Shown one piece after another: positions 1 through 11,100 of a DNA stretch of 64,000 bases. The notes under the pieces were generated by a model that saw nothing but the letters and a program-made list of their open reading frames with translations, was not told the origin of the DNA and searched no databases. Source of the stretch: an uncultured bacterium (GTDB lineage: Bacteria; Babelota; Babeliae; Babelales; RVW-14); contig CAVXAT010000011.1 in the NCBI GenBank assembly GCA_963759805.1, positions 58,816 through 122,815 on the forward strand, in the 5' to 3' direction. How positions within the stretch are numbered: the stretch's first letter is position 1; each line of letters starts with the position of its first letter. The position numbers were made by a program, and so were the translations under genes.

Positions 1-1
1 C

Positions 2-106
2 ATGCCAATGCCGTCTATGCCAATGCCGTCTATGCCAATGCCGTCTATGCCAATGCCGTCTATGCCAATGCCAACTATGTCAATGCCGTCTACGTCAATG
101 CCAACT
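2..106 (+). repeat. 15-nt coding tandem repeat (ATGCCAATGCCGTCT): 4 perfect and 3 degenerate units
   Basis: Directly visible 15-nt periodicity encoding MPMPS. Confidence 0.95.
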
Positions 107-349
107 ATGCCAAGTGTGGCGAATATGCCAATGCCAGCTATGCCAAGTGTGGCAAATATGCCAAGCATGCCGAGTACGAGTGGATTTATAACGCCGCAAG
201 CATTCTCTAATCCAGCAGCCCAAATGCCCGGGGCTATGCAGACGCTTTCATTCGAACCAGCACCAAGCCAATTCGGTGGTAGCTATATGCAGTCTGTAGC
301 GCAGACATTCGACACAACAACCGGATACAAGGCGCCTGGGATAAGATAG
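2..349 (+). CDS. C-terminal part of a Met/Pro/Ser-rich low-complexity protein (probably 5'-truncated by the window edge)
   Basis: Open frame from the window start; MPMPS repeats followed by a unique tail ending in TAG at 347-349. Confidence 0.6.
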   Translation: MPMPSMPMPSMPMPSMPMPSMPMPTMSMPSTSMPTMPSVANMPMPAMPSVANMPSMPSTSGFITPQAFSNPAAQMPGAMQTLSFEPAPSQFGGSYMQSVAQTFDTTTGYKAPGIR

Positions 350-427
350 TATTACGATATCCTGAACAAGCGTCGGCAAAGTTATGATTTTTAATTTTCC
401 TAGCATGACCAAATGGAAGGTTTTACG

Positions 428-1165
428 ATGAAACGTTTTCTACAAACATTAACCCTGGGCTGCGTAGCCCTTGCACTCACCACTACCGTTGCCATGCCTG
501 CCGCACAGCCGCCAACAAGTACTGCGACAGACTATAAAGCTTCAACCTCAACAGCACAACCATCGACGACTGCTCAGGAGTCCGTCAGAATCCCTGGTAC
601 CCAAGCCAAACTATCTTTAGTTCAAGCAAGTGCTTACGCTATCGCTAACCAACTCCTCCAAGCAGGCTCCAACCTTAACACACAAGCATTCTCAAGTCCT
701 GCTGCATTTTGTAGCAGAATACCGAATGATGTCAAAGAAGCTTTAATCACAGAACTTACAAGACAAGCACTCATTAGCTGGCCGAGACAACCTATTGGCT
801 GGGGCATCCAAACAATCAATACACACACCATGCTGATTTCGAAAGTAAAATTCAGCCCTGTAGGGGAGGTCAGAAAATGTTCGTTCAGCCCTGATGGCAA
901 TACCCTTGCCTCTGGATCAAGTGACGGCTCAGTCACCATATACACCCGTACTCCTAACAACACTTGGAATATTGTGCGGACCTTTGATCACACTAATGGC
1001 GGCCACCATATAAGCTGGGTCACTAAACTTTCGTTCAGCCCTGATGGCAATGCCCTTATTTCGGAATCAACAGACAGTTCAATCAAAATATACACCCGTA
1101 CCAACACACTTGAGGCATTACTGCAACAGATACAATCGCTACAGCAGCAACAACAGACTCATTAA
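428..1165 (+). CDS. Secreted WD40-repeat protein with poly-Q tail
   Basis: Sec-type signal MKRFLQTLTLGCVALALTTTVA; two WD40 repeats (SFSPDGNTLASGSSDGSVTIY, SFSPDGNALISESTDSSIKIY) that are also DNA repeats. Confidence 0.8.
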   Translation: MKRFLQTLTLGCVALALTTTVAMPAAQPPTSTATDYKASTSTAQPSTTAQESVRIPGTQAKLSLVQASAYAIANQLLQAGSNLNTQAFSSPAAFCSRIPNDVKEALITELTRQALISWPRQPIGWGIQTINTHTMLISKVKFSPVGEVRKCSFSPDGNTLASGSSDGSVTIYTRTPNNTWNIVRTFDHTNGGHHISWVTKLSFSPDGNALISESTDSSIKIYTRTNTLEALLQQIQSLQQQQQTH

Positions 1166-1181
1166 TTAAAATAGGAAACAC

Positions 1182-1216
1182 TAATCCATGGATGCTGAAA
1201 TAAATTCAGCATGACA
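1182..1216 (-). repeat. REP-like hairpin, family B, copy 1
   Basis: Reverse complement is TGTCATGCTGAATTTATTTCAGCATCCATGGATTA, matching copies at 6395, 40230 and 63932. Confidence 0.9.
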
Positions 1217-1432
1217 GATCTCTGATCGGAAGCTACTTTTGACATCCACAGCTATTTTTACTAGTTATCGAACTGGCGTTAAGTATTTTCGGTTGGCGAA
1301 AATCCAACACGGATAAAGGTTAGCCACCAGCCCATAACTAAACCAATGTCTTGCAGTTGAAAACAGTTTAGACAGTTACTTGGAAGCAATTAATCAATCC
1401 CAAACTATTTGAGCGATTAAGAAAGAAATTTA

Positions 1433-2497
1433 TTACTCAAACAACATTGTTAAAACCAGTTGTTCGAATTTTTCCGGATTAGAAATCAACTCATCTTGAT
1501 AAACAATTTTAAACAGCTCCGGATGTTCGTCCGCCATTGCCTGAGCATTTTCAACCTGGTGTCCCGTTGACGCTGCAACAAGCGGCACAACGATTGAACG
1601 TTTTCGAAAAAACTCAAGTTCAAAAAGGGTTCCCGCACCTGCACGAGAAATTACCAAATCAGCGAGAAGATAAAAATTTTGAATATTCTCATCATAGGAA
1701 AAAAGCACGGCAGGCTCAGACATCTCTTTATAAAAAGTTCGCCAATCAAATGAGATATCATTACCAATTTGATGAATAACCTGAATTTTGTCATGAATGT
1801 TTTTATTATGCTCCAAGAATGTTCTTAAAGCCTGATTCAACAGTCTTGAACCCTGAGATCCACCAAGTAAAAAAATGGTTTTTCGTTGCAAAGAAAAAGG
1901 CTTATCTGTTTTTTCATTTATCTGGTCGACTATCTCATTTTTACTTGCATTAAAAACATCCTGCCTAAAACGTATGGGATAATGTATCAGCTCACATTTT
2001 TTGGCAAAATTTAAACCTGCAAACTTACATAATGAAATTGTATTTTTAAACGCGACAAAAATTTTACTTGCGATAGGCATCAGTACTTTTACAGCCTTAC
2101 CCGGATCAAGATTAAGTTCGTAAATTTCAATGGGCACAAGTGCAAGCTTACAACCCAAACACACCGGTATTGAAATCAGTCCACCGGTGCTGATTATTTT
2201 TTCCGGTCTATCTTTTACTGCTCTGAAAAAACTTTTAAAAAAAGCCCACAAAACTTGTACTATTAAAATGGGTAAAAGCAAAATTCTTTTGATGCTAAAC
2301 TTACCTATTCCTAAACTGATAACCTCTGACAAAAAATCAGTCTTTGCAACAATCTTATGATCCAAAGCCCCTGATGCACCCCAAAAAATAACTTTCCCCT
2401 GTGGATTTGCGTCCAACCAACGTTTTGCAAAAGTTAATGCCGGCAAAATATGCCCACCCGACCCGGCCGCTACGACATAAAGTGTTTTATAACTCAT
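1433..2497 (-). CDS. murG: UDP-GlcNAc:lipid I N-acetylglucosaminyltransferase MurG
   Basis: AGSGGHILPA, TGG, GGSQGS and ISRAGAGT motifs; HQVENA. Confidence 0.93.
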   Translation of the reverse strand: MSYKTLYVVAAGSGGHILPALTFAKRWLDANPQGKVIFWGASGALDHKIVAKTDFLSEVISLGIGKFSIKRILLLPILIVQVLWAFFKSFFRAVKDRPEKIISTGGLISIPVCLGCKLALVPIEIYELNLDPGKAVKVLMPIASKIFVAFKNTISLCKFAGLNFAKKCELIHYPIRFRQDVFNASKNEIVDQINEKTDKPFSLQRKTIFLLGGSQGSRLLNQALRTFLEHNKNIHDKIQVIHQIGNDISFDWRTFYKEMSEPAVLFSYDENIQNFYLLADLVISRAGAGTLFELEFFRKRSIVVPLVAASTGHQVENAQAMADEHPELFKIVYQDELISNPEKFEQLVLTMLFE

Positions 2498-2519
2498 CTT
2501 AAAATCCCCCACACCTTTA

Positions 2520-4350
2520 TTATTTAATATCGCTTTTTACTTGCGCAATATGTTCTATAATCACGGCATCCCCCGGAGAAATTGTTAAGGCTTTTTCAAA
2601 TAACTCAAGAGCCTGTTCTTTTTTGCCCATTTTTGAAAGTACCAAACCCTTTGTATCAAGATAAAAAGGAGAGTTGGCATCGTCCAGCAACGCCTTATTA
2701 ACATAATCAAGCGCCTCGGGTAGATTTTGCCCCTGCTTTGCATAAGCGTATGCAAGTAAATTATAAGAGGCAGGATAAACAACAGGATGTTTTATTGACT
2801 GCAGAAGAATATTTTCCATATTTTTAGTTTGATTAGTTAAGAAATAGATATAGGCAACCTGATACAAAACCTTTGATTTTAAATCAAAATCCGGTACCGA
2901 ATCAAAAATCTTTTTATATAAAGCAATGCTGGTTTTGTAATTCTTCTGTTCGACACAAATATCTGCCAATGCGGCCCAAACTCCAACAGTGGCTCTGTTG
3001 GCCTTTAAAACATCTTCCAACAAACTTGCTATGGCAGATTTAGAAAAACCGGCCTGACTCAGCAACAAAATAGTATGTATGACAGAATTATCATATGGTT
3101 CGCGTTTTAACCAATCACCCATAAACGTCAAAATTTGATTATGATTCTTCATCGCAAGCAGTATCTCAACTTTTAACAGCTTGCCACGAATAAAATTTGG
3201 AGCCTTTTGAATACAGGTATTTATATGCTGCAATGCCTTTTTGTAATTTCCGGAATTAAATTCGATCATTGCCATATCAAAGAAATACTCCGGGGTGTCT
3301 CCTTTAAGTTTTTTAAGATACTTTAGAGCTTCAGGCATTCGATTTTGCGAAAACATAAGCTGAATTAACTGTTTCTCAATCATCTCATCACGCCCAACAA
3401 GAGTCAAGAAATGTTGATATCCCTTAATTGCTTCATTAATATTTCCAAGTTGCTCAAGAAGCATCGCTTTTAAAAGCAGCGCTTTATCAAATTTAGGAAA
3501 CATCTCAAGACTCTTCTCAATGTCACGCATAGCCAAATCGTTTTTACTCATGTGCATATGAACTTTTGAACGTAAAAAATAAAACAGGAAGGCTCTTGGC
3601 TTGAACATCGGCTTTTCCAAACACTCATTAAGATATGCCAAGCTTTTTTCAAGCTGATTATTTTTTATAAGAGACACGGCAAAGTAGTATGCCACCTGCT
3701 CATTATCCGGAAAGTCTTTTGCCAAATTTAAAAAGATTTTCTCAGCTTTTTCATCCTGGTTAGCCATTAAAAATGCCTGCGCTACCAAAAGATTAAATTC
3801 CAGATTTTTTTCGAAGAATTTTTTGAATTTGTCTTCGCTTTTTTGATAAATTTCAACAACCTTCAAAATTTGTCCGATATCAAATAAAAATCTAAAGTAT
3901 CCATCATAAACAAAGATCGGCGGATTCTTTGCAAAAAGTTTTTTATAAATCTGCATTGCCTGCTTGGCATCACCCTTGGAATGAAAATAATTTGCTTGAG
4001 ATGTAAAGATTATAAGTGGCTTCATCTGATTTTGAATTATTACCATCTAAATCTGCAGGCTGGTCATCTACAAAGGCAATTTTGCAACCACTGTCATCTT
4101 CTAGCTGAGTAGCTTTTGGTTTAGCAGATCTCTTCTGGCACTCGCATCCTTCGACAGGCTCCAGCCGTCGCTCTTGGAGAGCTATGGCCGGCACGGCAGG
4201 ACGAGCGCCTTTAAGTAGGCGCGCTCGTGGTGAGCTTGTCGAACCATCACCCATAGGTGACGCGCCAGAGTTCATCTGATCGGGCAAGACCACTCCAAAA
4301 ACTGTGCTTAAACAACTCAGAATAATCAACTTCCTAAACAAATTCTTCAT
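2520..4350 (-). CDS. Secreted tetratricopeptide-repeat protein, split by a one-base frameshift near 4000 and carrying an in-frame palindromic insertion
   Basis: ORF 3970-4350 has a signal peptide and overlaps the dciA stop (ATGA). ORF 2520-4046 has TPRs (YNLLAYAYA...YLDTKGLVL). Removing one base at TAC ATC T CAA GCA joins them. Confidence 0.75.
4125..4278. repeat. Palindromic element family A, copy within the TPR gene, with nested 36-nt hairpin at 4162-4197
   Basis: Shares CTCGCATCCTTCGACAGGCTC...GCGCTCGTGGTGAGCTTGTCGAACCATCACCC...GGTGACGCGC with the 13513 and 37438 copies; right boundary approximate. Confidence 0.9.
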
Positions 4351-4802
4351 CTCTTTTCTCCCCTCATTTTTTTACAACGTACCCCAAATTCGTACATGAC
4401 ATCGCGCAGATCAGTATCTGTAACTTTATCTAACACAATTTGTTCTGTTTTTGAAAGCTTTTTGCAAATAGGGTCTATTACATGATCTTGAATTCGATTG
4501 TTTCGATGTTTATTTTTTTTCTTAAAACTGGAATCTATCACCTTAAATCTGATTGCCTTAATCCTAGGCTTGTCCAGGCAGGCATTTATCTTTGTTTTAA
4601 GCATGGGAGAAAGCATGTGCAACTCCTGCGCCCAAACGGGATGAATGACGCCAAGATACAAAACATCGTCTTTGATCTGATCGATGATTACCTTGTCCTT
4701 CAGGTTTCCAATAATATTTTCCCAATTCTGAAAAAGAACAATCTTCCAGCTATGTTCTTTGGGAATCATATTTATAAGAAAATCGCTTAAACGCTTAGTC
4801 AC
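4347..4802 (-). CDS. dciA: DUF721/DciA family replicative helicase loader
   Basis: WENIIG...IKDDVLYLGVIHPVWAQEL...IKAIRF pattern typical of DUF721. Confidence 0.75.
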   Translation of the reverse strand: MTKRLSDFLINMIPKEHSWKIVLFQNWENIIGNLKDKVIIDQIKDDVLYLGVIHPVWAQELHMLSPMLKTKINACLDKPRIKAIRFKVIDSSFKKKNKHRNNRIQDHVIDPICKKLSKTEQIVLDKVTDTDLRDVMYEFGVRCKKMRGEKR

Positions 4803-5015
4803 TCAACATCCCGTGTCTTTTTAGTTATAATCTGGGGTTAGAAAAATATCGTAAATAATCGAAGAGTATTTATATTATCAAAATTAAAGAGTTATACCCA
4901 AAAAAATAAAAAGTTTTCTGCGATACAGCAAGATGCAGTATAGTTTAAATTTGAAAACGGCGGTAAAATACATGAACAATTATTTATAAAACAAAGACAA
5001 TTAACGGATATTTTA

Positions 5016-6383
5016 ATGGACATATTTCAGTATCAAAAACAACAAAATTTGAATTCTGGGAAATCGAACTCCCAAACCCCAAACACGGGCGCTTCAGAGT
5101 TCAGAAAAAGTCCCATTCCACTAGCTGCTCGCATGCGTCCAAAAACGCTTGCCACATACATCGGGCAAGAGCATATTTTGGGGCAGGGCAAGTTGCTGCG
5201 CAAAGCCATTGAAACCGACAAGCTATTTTCTTCCATGATTTTATGGGGACCTCCTGGCACAGGAAAAACAACTCTTGCAACAATAATTGCAAACTCCACC
5301 AAATCTAATTTTGAGGTAATCAGCGCCGTGACGGCAGGAGTTGCAGAAATAAGGCAGTTGGTTGCAACAGCCAAACAGAAGCTCGAGATTTATAATCAAA
5401 GAACAATTGCCCTTGTTGATGAGATTCATCGTTTCAATAAAGCGCAGCAAGACGCCTTATTACCGCATGTTGAAAATGGAACAATAATTTTAATTGGTGC
5501 CACAACTGAGAATCCGTATTTTGAAGTTATTTCAGCACTTCTCTCGCGCTCACGCGTTTTTAATTTAAAGCCTTTAACCCAAGAACAACTTATAAATTTA
5601 CTAAATCAGGCAATTAACGACAAACATAATGGATACGGCGACAGGCAGATAAAAATTACTGTGCCTGCCCTTGAGCATATCGCAAATATCGCCGGTGGCG
5701 ATGCACGCTCTGCGCTCAACGCCTTAGAACTCTCAGTCGAGGCGGTAAGCCCGGACCAGGACGGAATGATCAACATTGATCTTGAAACTGCACAGGAAGC
5801 AATGCAACAAAGGGCTGTAAGCTATGACAAAAATGGCGACGGGCATTATGACACAATCAGTGCATTTATAAAATCCATTCGCGGGTCTGATCCTGATGCC
5901 GCTCTGTACTGGCTTGCAAAAATGATTTATGCAGGAGAGGATCCCAAATTTATCATGCGCCGGTTACTTATTCTTGCATCAGAAGATATTGGCCTTGCCG
6001 ACCCACTTGGAATCGTAGTTGTTTCAGCCTGTGCCCAGGCGCTTGAATGGTGCGGGTTACCCGAAGCTCAATATCATTTGGCTCAAGCAACTGCTTATCT
6101 TGCAACAGCAGCTAAGAGCAACTCCATGAAAAGTTATTTTGAAGCGCTGGGCGAAGTACAAAAGGAGGGGAAAGTGCAAGTCCCGACCCACCTCCAAGAT
6201 TCAAGCCGGGATGGAAAGGCGCTGGGTCATGGCCAGGGGTATAAGTATCCACACGATTTTCCGGGTCACTGGGTTGAACAGAATTATATGCCCGAGAATT
6301 TGCAGGGTAAAAATTTTTATACCCCAAGTGATCAGGGGTATGAGAAAAAGATTTCTGAGAGATTGAAAAATATGGTAAAATAG
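5016..6383 (+). CDS. rarA: Replication-associated recombination protein A (AAA+ ATPase)
   Basis: [55 protein letters not shown]. Confidence 0.96.
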   Translation: MDIFQYQKQQNLNSGKSNSQTPNTGASEFRKSPIPLAARMRPKTLATYIGQEHILGQGKLLRKAIETDKLFSSMILWGPPGTGKTTLATIIANSTKSNFEVISAVTAGVAEIRQLVATAKQKLEIYNQRTIALVDEIHRFNKAQQDALLPHVENGTIILIGATTENPYFEVISALLSRSRVFNLKPLTQEQLINLLNQAINDKHNGYGDRQIKITVPALEHIANIAGGDARSALNALELSVEAVSPDQDGMINIDLETAQEAMQQRAVSYDKNGDGHYDTISAFIKSIRGSDPDAALYWLAKMIYAGEDPKFIMRRLLILASEDIGLADPLGIVVVSACAQALEWCGLPEAQYHLAQATAYLATAAKSNSMKSYFEALGEVQKEGKVQVPTHLQDSSRDGKALGHGQGYKYPHDFPGHWVEQNYMPENLQGKNFYTPSDQGYEKKISERLKNMVK

Positions 6384-6394
6384 GGGCGCAGGCT

Positions 6395-6428
6395 TGTCAT
6401 GCTGAACTCGTTTCAGCATCCATGGATA
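6395..6428 (+). repeat. REP-like hairpin, family B, copy 2
   Basis: TGTCATGCTGAACTCGTTTCAGCATCCATGGATA immediately after the rarA stop. Confidence 0.9.
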
Positions 6429-6498
6429 AATTCATTCCACATTATTGCAATTAGGTAAACTGTCTAATTTAAATTTAAAAAACTGTAAGGCCAATTTT

Positions 6499-8151
6499 AT
6501 GACGACTGATTTTTTAGTACTCCTCCCCCCATTAATCGTAATTTTAATGGCAACGTACACAAAAAACACCCGAATATCTCTGTTTTTAGGAATTTTTTCT
6601 GCCGCTCTTATTATTAATAACTTTTTGATTTGGGGGACATTAAAAACAATTTTTGATAATTTCTTAATCGCCATTGAATTCGACAAATTAAAAAGTTTGC
6701 AGACACTTTGGAGTTGTGAAAGAATTTTTATTTTATTATTTCTCTTGATGCTGGGCATAATCATTTCATTGCTAGAACATTCGGGCAGTGCTTATGCCTA
6801 TGGAAACTATGTAACAACAAAACTTAAATCAATTAAAAAAGCAGAGCTGTCTTCTTTAATTCTCTCATTCTTTTTCTTTATAGACGATTATTTTAGCTGC
6901 TTAACTGTCGGATCTGTTATGCAACCAATTACAGATCAGTTTAAAATACCCCGAGTAAAACTGGCATTCTTGGTAAGTTCGGTAGCAGTTCCGCTTGCAA
7001 TCATATTTCCCCTGTCAAGCTGGGTTGCTTACATTTTGGGGCAATTAGGACAAACCGGAGTATCAACTTGCATAAACGCTTCAACTGTCATCCAGGGCGA
7101 TCCTTTCTTTTTATACCTAAAGACTATTCCATTTCTGTTCTATGCCTTAATTGTCGTATTTTCAATCTGGTTTATAGTTTTAAGGCGCTTGTCATTTGGA
7201 GTTGTTGCAAAGCATGAGGCAGTTGCCCAAGCAACCGGAACTCTTTTTGGAGGGAAGCAGGCCTTGACCCGCAAATCACAAGAATCAATGGCCGAAAGAG
7301 ATAGTTGCACACCCAAAAATTGTACGCTCTGGGATTTTCTTCTTCCAATCATGCTACTAATAACCTCGACAGTAATGGAAACTTTAAGAAGCGGACAATT
7401 TTTTATTTTTGGGGGCTCCAACGGAATTATTCAAGCTTTATTTAACGCAAATATCTCTGCAGCGCTTTTTAAAAGCAGCGTGTTTACTATCATTATCACA
7501 GCTACTTACTTTATCATTAGAAAAAGAGTTCATATTAAAGATTTAGGCATGATCGCGAGAGAAGGCATAAACCTGATGAAATCATCTGTGCTGCTTCTCG
7601 TCTTGATCTTGACATTCAGTAAAATTTTACAGAATGATTTGAAAATAGGGGATTTTATTGTCCAACATATTGGATATATCAATATCAGTTATCTTCCTGT
7701 AATTTTATTTTTAATAGCAGGTCTGGTGACTACACTTATGTGCTCTGCATGGGCATCAATGGGACTAATCATTCCAATTGGAATACCAATGCTGGTTTCT
7801 CTTTCTGGTGTAGAAACTCCCATTGCACTATCTAGTATTCCAATGATTTACCCGGTACTTGGAGCAATAATTTCAGGCGCTATCATTGGAAATCAATTAT
7901 CACCTGTAGCAGACGTCATGTTAATGTCGGCTACAAGTTCCGGATGTTATCACATGGATCTTGTTAAAGCTCAAGCAAGTTTAACAATTCCAAGCATATT
8001 TTCCGGAGCATTGGCATTTTTGTGTGCCGGATTATTAATATCAAAATGCGGCGTCGCAGCATCTTTAGGGGTATCTCTCTTAGTTGGTATATCAAGTAAT
8101 TTTATAATTTTATATGTTCTGGATTTACTTCAAAGAAGAAGATCTTCTTAA
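6499..8151 (+). CDS. Na+/H+ antiporter NhaC-family / ion transporter superfamily membrane protein
   Basis: Many TM segments; FFIDDYFSCLTVG, PLSSW, GAIIGNQLSPVAD...SATSSGC.HMDLV motifs. Confidence 0.8.
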   Translation: MTTDFLVLLPPLIVILMATYTKNTRISLFLGIFSAALIINNFLIWGTLKTIFDNFLIAIEFDKLKSLQTLWSCERIFILLFLLMLGIIISLLEHSGSAYAYGNYVTTKLKSIKKAELSSLILSFFFFIDDYFSCLTVGSVMQPITDQFKIPRVKLAFLVSSVAVPLAIIFPLSSWVAYILGQLGQTGVSTCINASTVIQGDPFFLYLKTIPFLFYALIVVFSIWFIVLRRLSFGVVAKHEAVAQATGTLFGGKQALTRKSQESMAERDSCTPKNCTLWDFLLPIMLLITSTVMETLRSGQFFIFGGSNGIIQALFNANISAALFKSSVFTIIITATYFIIRKRVHIKDLGMIAREGINLMKSSVLLLVLILTFSKILQNDLKIGDFIVQHIGYINISYLPVILFLIAGLVTTLMCSAWASMGLIIPIGIPMLVSLSGVETPIALSSIPMIYPVLGAIISGAIIGNQLSPVADVMLMSATSSGCYHMDLVKAQASLTIPSIFSGALAFLCAGLLISKCGVAASLGVSLLVGISSNFIILYVLDLLQRRRSS

Positions 8152-8159
8152 TTTTTAAA

Positions 8160-8187
8160 AGGGGCCTCTTAATTTTTAAGAAGCCCT
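8160..8187. terminator. Possible terminator hairpin between convergent genes
   Basis: Imperfect stem AGGGGCCTCTTAA/TTAAGAAGCCCT between converging stops. Confidence 0.4.
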
Positions 8188-8197
8188 CATATCAATC

Positions 8198-11100
8198 TTA
8201 AGATTTTGCAACTCTAATATTTGTATATGCGACAGGCACATCCCAACCGCCCAATCCAAAATATTTGGGAGTTATTTGATTCGCTGAGGCTATTGTCCAG
8301 CTACCCTTTACATTTGAACCGGCAACACTCCCTGTTCCAAATGAAAGCTTGCTTCCAACTAACTGCACCCAGTAATTTCCCACTCCACTGCTCACACCAA
8401 CTCCTTGAATATCAGTCCCCAGAGAGGTGCTATAGTTTGCATCGCCTACCAGGCTTGTGTAACTATTATTACCCCTCCCAATAGCAATCTGATAAATCTT
8501 TCCAGATCGGTCTAGGGTTGACGAAAATGCCACTACAATCGACCTAGCTCCACTCGCTTGAAATAACAGCACCGCTCCATTACTGTAAGTCCATTGTGAA
8601 CTAAACAAAACAGCTCCGGTTCCCATTGTCGCCGGAACAAAATTAAAAGATGCTCCACCAGGTGTTCCTAAAGCAATATTTATCAAATCCGAACTAATGT
8701 CACTATTCATCGCCGCAAAACTCTCTGCTGGAGAAATTAATTTTGATGTTACAAGAGTTGCATACCAAGCAAGTAAAATCTGTAATTTTGCCTGGTCTGT
8801 TCTTGGCCTTGCATTGTGTAAATTAGTTAATGCTGTCCAAAAGCTTGCCTGTACTGAAGTGTAATCAAATTTTGTATTTACACTTGTTACCAATGCCTGT
8901 AACACTGACAACTGTGAGTCATAAGTTGATGCCGTCACAGCAAAATTATTTAATATACTATTCACTCTTGCCATCTCAGCCTGTTGAAGAGCCACTTGGG
9001 CAATACTTGCCAAATCCGAATTAATATCATTGTTCATTGTCGTAAAACTGTTAGCTGTCGAAACTAATTTTGATGTTGCAAGAGTCGCATACCAGGCGCC
9101 TAAAGCCTGCAATCTTACCTGGTCTGTTCTCGGTCTTGAATTGTGTAAATTAGTTAAAGCAGTCCAAAAACTTGCCTGAACAGAAGTGTAATCCAGTGAT
9201 GGATTTGCCTGCAAATTTGTAGCTACACTTGTTACCAATGCTTGTAATACTGACAACTGAGAGTCATAAGTCGATGCTGTTACAGTAAAGTTATTTAATA
9301 TATTACTCACTCTTGCCATCTCAGCCGATTCTTGGGTAAGATACGCTAAATTTGCATTAATATCGCTATTCATCACAGCAAAACTGCTAGTCGAAGCAAC
9401 TAACTTAGATGTTGTAAGGGTTGCATACCAAGCTAGCAACGTCTGCAATCTTACCGGATCGTTTGTTGGTCTTGCAGCATGCAAATTAGTCAAAGCAGTC
9501 CAAAAACTTGCCTGCACCGATGAATAATTCAATGATGGATTTGCCTGCAAATTGGTATTAACACTTGTTACCAATGTTTGCAAGCACTACCAACTGAGAG
9601 TCATAAGTTGAAGCTGTCACAGTAAAATTCTTTAATATATTATTAACTCTTGTCATCTCAGCCGATTGAATAGACGCTTGTGTAATACTGGCTAAATTTG
9701 AATTAATATCATTAATCATTGATGTAAAACTACTGGTCGATGAAACCAATGGTGATGTTGTAAGAGTTGCATACCAAGTTTTCAAAGCCTGTAATCTTAC
9801 CGAGTCTGTTGTTGGTCTTGCAGCATGTAAATTAGTCACAGCAGTCCAAAAACTTGGTTGTACTGCAGCATAACTCACTAACGGGTTTGCCTTTACATTC
9901 GCATTTACAGTTGCCACCAATGCTTGCAATGCTGCCAACTGAGAATTATAGTTTGCAGCCGTCACGGTAAAATTATTTAATGTATTACTTAGTGCTGCAG
10001 ACGATTGGGTTGAGGTCACAGTTTCTACTCCAACCTGCGTCAACCAGGTTGTCACATTCGCATTTTCCGCAAAAGTTAAAAAGTTTTGATTCAAAGCATT
10101 ATTTAACAATGTCTGCAGATCTGTCAATGTAGATGCCGTTCTGTTGTTATAAAAATTTTGAATCGCCGAGTAAATCGAATTCCCTACACTTGGGTAATCC
10201 TGCAAATAACTCTGATTGAACAACCCTGAGGTCAGCCCAACGACATTAGCATTCAACAATGCGGATGTTCCCGACTGTGTTTTATCACTTAATATCGTCA
10301 CCAAAGCCTGTTGAGTCTCAGTCACAATCTGTGCCAACCAACTTTGAATTGTAGAAGCTTGGGATGAGGTCAAAAACGCCTTATTTTGCGCATTGGTTAG
10401 CAATAGCTGCACATCTCCTAATGGATATGACGTCCTGTTGTTATAGAAATTTTGAATTGCCGTAAAAATCGAGTTGCCTGAACTTGGATAATTTTGTAAA
10501 TAAGATTGATTAAAGCTTGCAATTAAACTCACAGCCATTGAATTGACCGGACCGGTTGTGAATTGTGGAGCCGTGCTTGTTGCAGTGGGCGAAACCACAT
10601 TTGCATTCAGCAATGCCGGCGTTCCGGACTGCGCCGGATTGGCTAGAATTGCACTCAAAGAGGCCTGTATATCCTGCCTAACCAGCGTCAGCCAATTTTT
10701 GACATCCGAACTCTCTGATGTAGTTAAAAAAGCTTTATTTTGAGCATTATTTAGCAATATCTGCACATCTCCATTGGAAAGAGGTGTTCTATTAAGATAG
10801 AAATTCTTAATTGCCGCATAAATTGAGTTTGAAATATTTGGATAATCTTGCAAGTACGATTGATTAAACACATTATTTGCAGCTGCAACCACATTTGCAT
10901 TCAATAACGCCGGAGTTCCGGACTGTGTCACGTCTCCCAATATCGAGACCAAGGATGCCTGAACCTGAGATTGAGATTGCACTTGAGAGGAAGGGGTGGC
11001 GTTGGAGAAGGAGTTTGTGGTGGGTGTTGGAGCAGGTGTAGTAGCAGGCGTTGGAGTGGGTTGGTGTAAGGGTTGGTGTTGGAGCAGACGTTATAGTCGG

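Noticed and set aside
2..170. Short direct repeats as a possible CRISPR array
   Set aside because: Units are contiguous with no spacers, encode MPMPS in frame, and no cas genes are present
1217..1432. Unassigned spacer between the WD40 gene and murG as ncRNA or gene remnant
   Set aside because: No recognisable tRNA, SRP, 6S or riboswitch motif and the + strand frames are interrupted by stops; nothing supportable
3985..4010. Programmed ribosomal frameshift in the TPR gene
   Set aside because: No slippery heptamer or stimulatory structure seen; similar single-base breaks occur elsewhere in the window
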